From NCBI GenBank assembly GCA_905182635.1, contig CAJJCM010000033.1, positions 1-50,332 on the forward strand: a DNA stretch of 50,332 nt, given 5' to 3'. Shown one piece after another: positions 49,903 through 50,332 of this stretch. The DNA is from an uncultured Candidatus Poseidoniales archaeon (lineage in GTDB: Archaea > Thermoplasmatota > Poseidoniia > Poseidoniales > Poseidoniaceae). The notes beneath the pieces are model-generated. The model saw only the letters and a program-made list of their open reading frames with translations, made no database searches and had not been told where the DNA came from. Both the position numbers and the translations under genes were made by a program. Every line of letters begins with the position of its first letter. Position 1 is the stretch's first letter.

Positions 49903-49985
49903 CGCCGAGAGAGAGATTTGAACTCTCGTGCCACAAGGACACGCGATTTCCAGTCGCGCGCAATACCAGGCTATGCGATCTCGGC
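49903..49985 (-). tRNA. tRNA-Ser (GGA), intronless, long variable arm
   Basis: Minus strand: GCCGAGA...TCTCGGC-G, anticodon arm CGCGA-CTGGAAA-TCGCG, long variable region, GAGAG-TTCAAAT-CTCTC. Confidence 0.96.
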
Positions 49986-50095
49986 TTCTATCCCGGCGAC
50001 TTACCTTCACCGTTTAACGCTCACCCATGAAAAGTTATGCTCACTTCAATGGTTTTAATCCGAAACAATTCAAAGGTGAAGCGACTACGAAGGTT

Positions 50096-50332
50096 ATGAG
50101 CGAAGAGGTCCCGGCTCAAGTTGAAAAAGCAATTGAAGCCGTCATATTGTCCGACTTCGACACTGATGACGACCATCGAGTCCTACCATTCCGTTTACGA
50201 GACATCAAACCATTCGTTTTACTTTCCGAGATTCACCCCATTGCCAAACCGTTGGATACGCTCCAAGTCGAATTACGGTTCCAATCTAAATTAGCAATAC
50301 GTGAATGGACCATAGAACATTGGATTACACTT
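50096..50332 (+). CDS. 3'-truncated hypothetical protein
   Basis: ATG 50096 opens a frame (MSEEVPAQVEKAIEAVILSDFDTDDDHRVLPF...) with no stop before the window end. Confidence 0.6.
   Translation, partial: MSEEVPAQVEKAIEAVILSDFDTDDDHRVLPFRLRDIKPFVLLSEIHPIAKPLDTLQVELRFQSKLAIREWTIEHWITL

Noticed and set aside
49764..49985. tRNAs as integration sites for a mobile element
   Set aside because: No integrase and no duplicated tRNA 3' end seen in the window. The shared GAGTTCAAATCTC is ordinary T-arm similarity.

Overview
A gene-dense archaeal chromosome segment of moderate GC. The gene content points to Marine Group II Euryarchaeota (Poseidoniales, Thermoplasmatota); this is an inference from an archaeal SRP RNA, EndA/archease/RtcB, a geranylgeranyl reductase, CxxxY-type CcmE, archaeal-type ValS/AlaS, a bacterial-type TopB and several large Asp-rich secreted proteins. 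It holds about 33 CDS, one SRP RNA and two tRNAs (Thr-GGT, Ser-GGA). I see no transposase, integrase, prophage or CRISPR array. Most genes are housekeeping. The observations most worth following up are: (1) a TatC-like protein fused to a Cys-containing domain resembling the HdrA N-terminal Fe-S domain; (2) an endA / HTH-3xTerB-like / degenerate HldE-like kinase / archease cluster; (3) a surface lipoprotein with an apparently intact PNGase F module; (4) a lipoyl/biotinyl-like barrel inside a Ca-binding repeat protein; (5) a recurring non-canonical TATA-like hexamer TT(C/G)A(A/T)R about 24-30 nt before start codons, plus an 11-mer found in three intergenic regions. All calls are by eye; no database searches were run.
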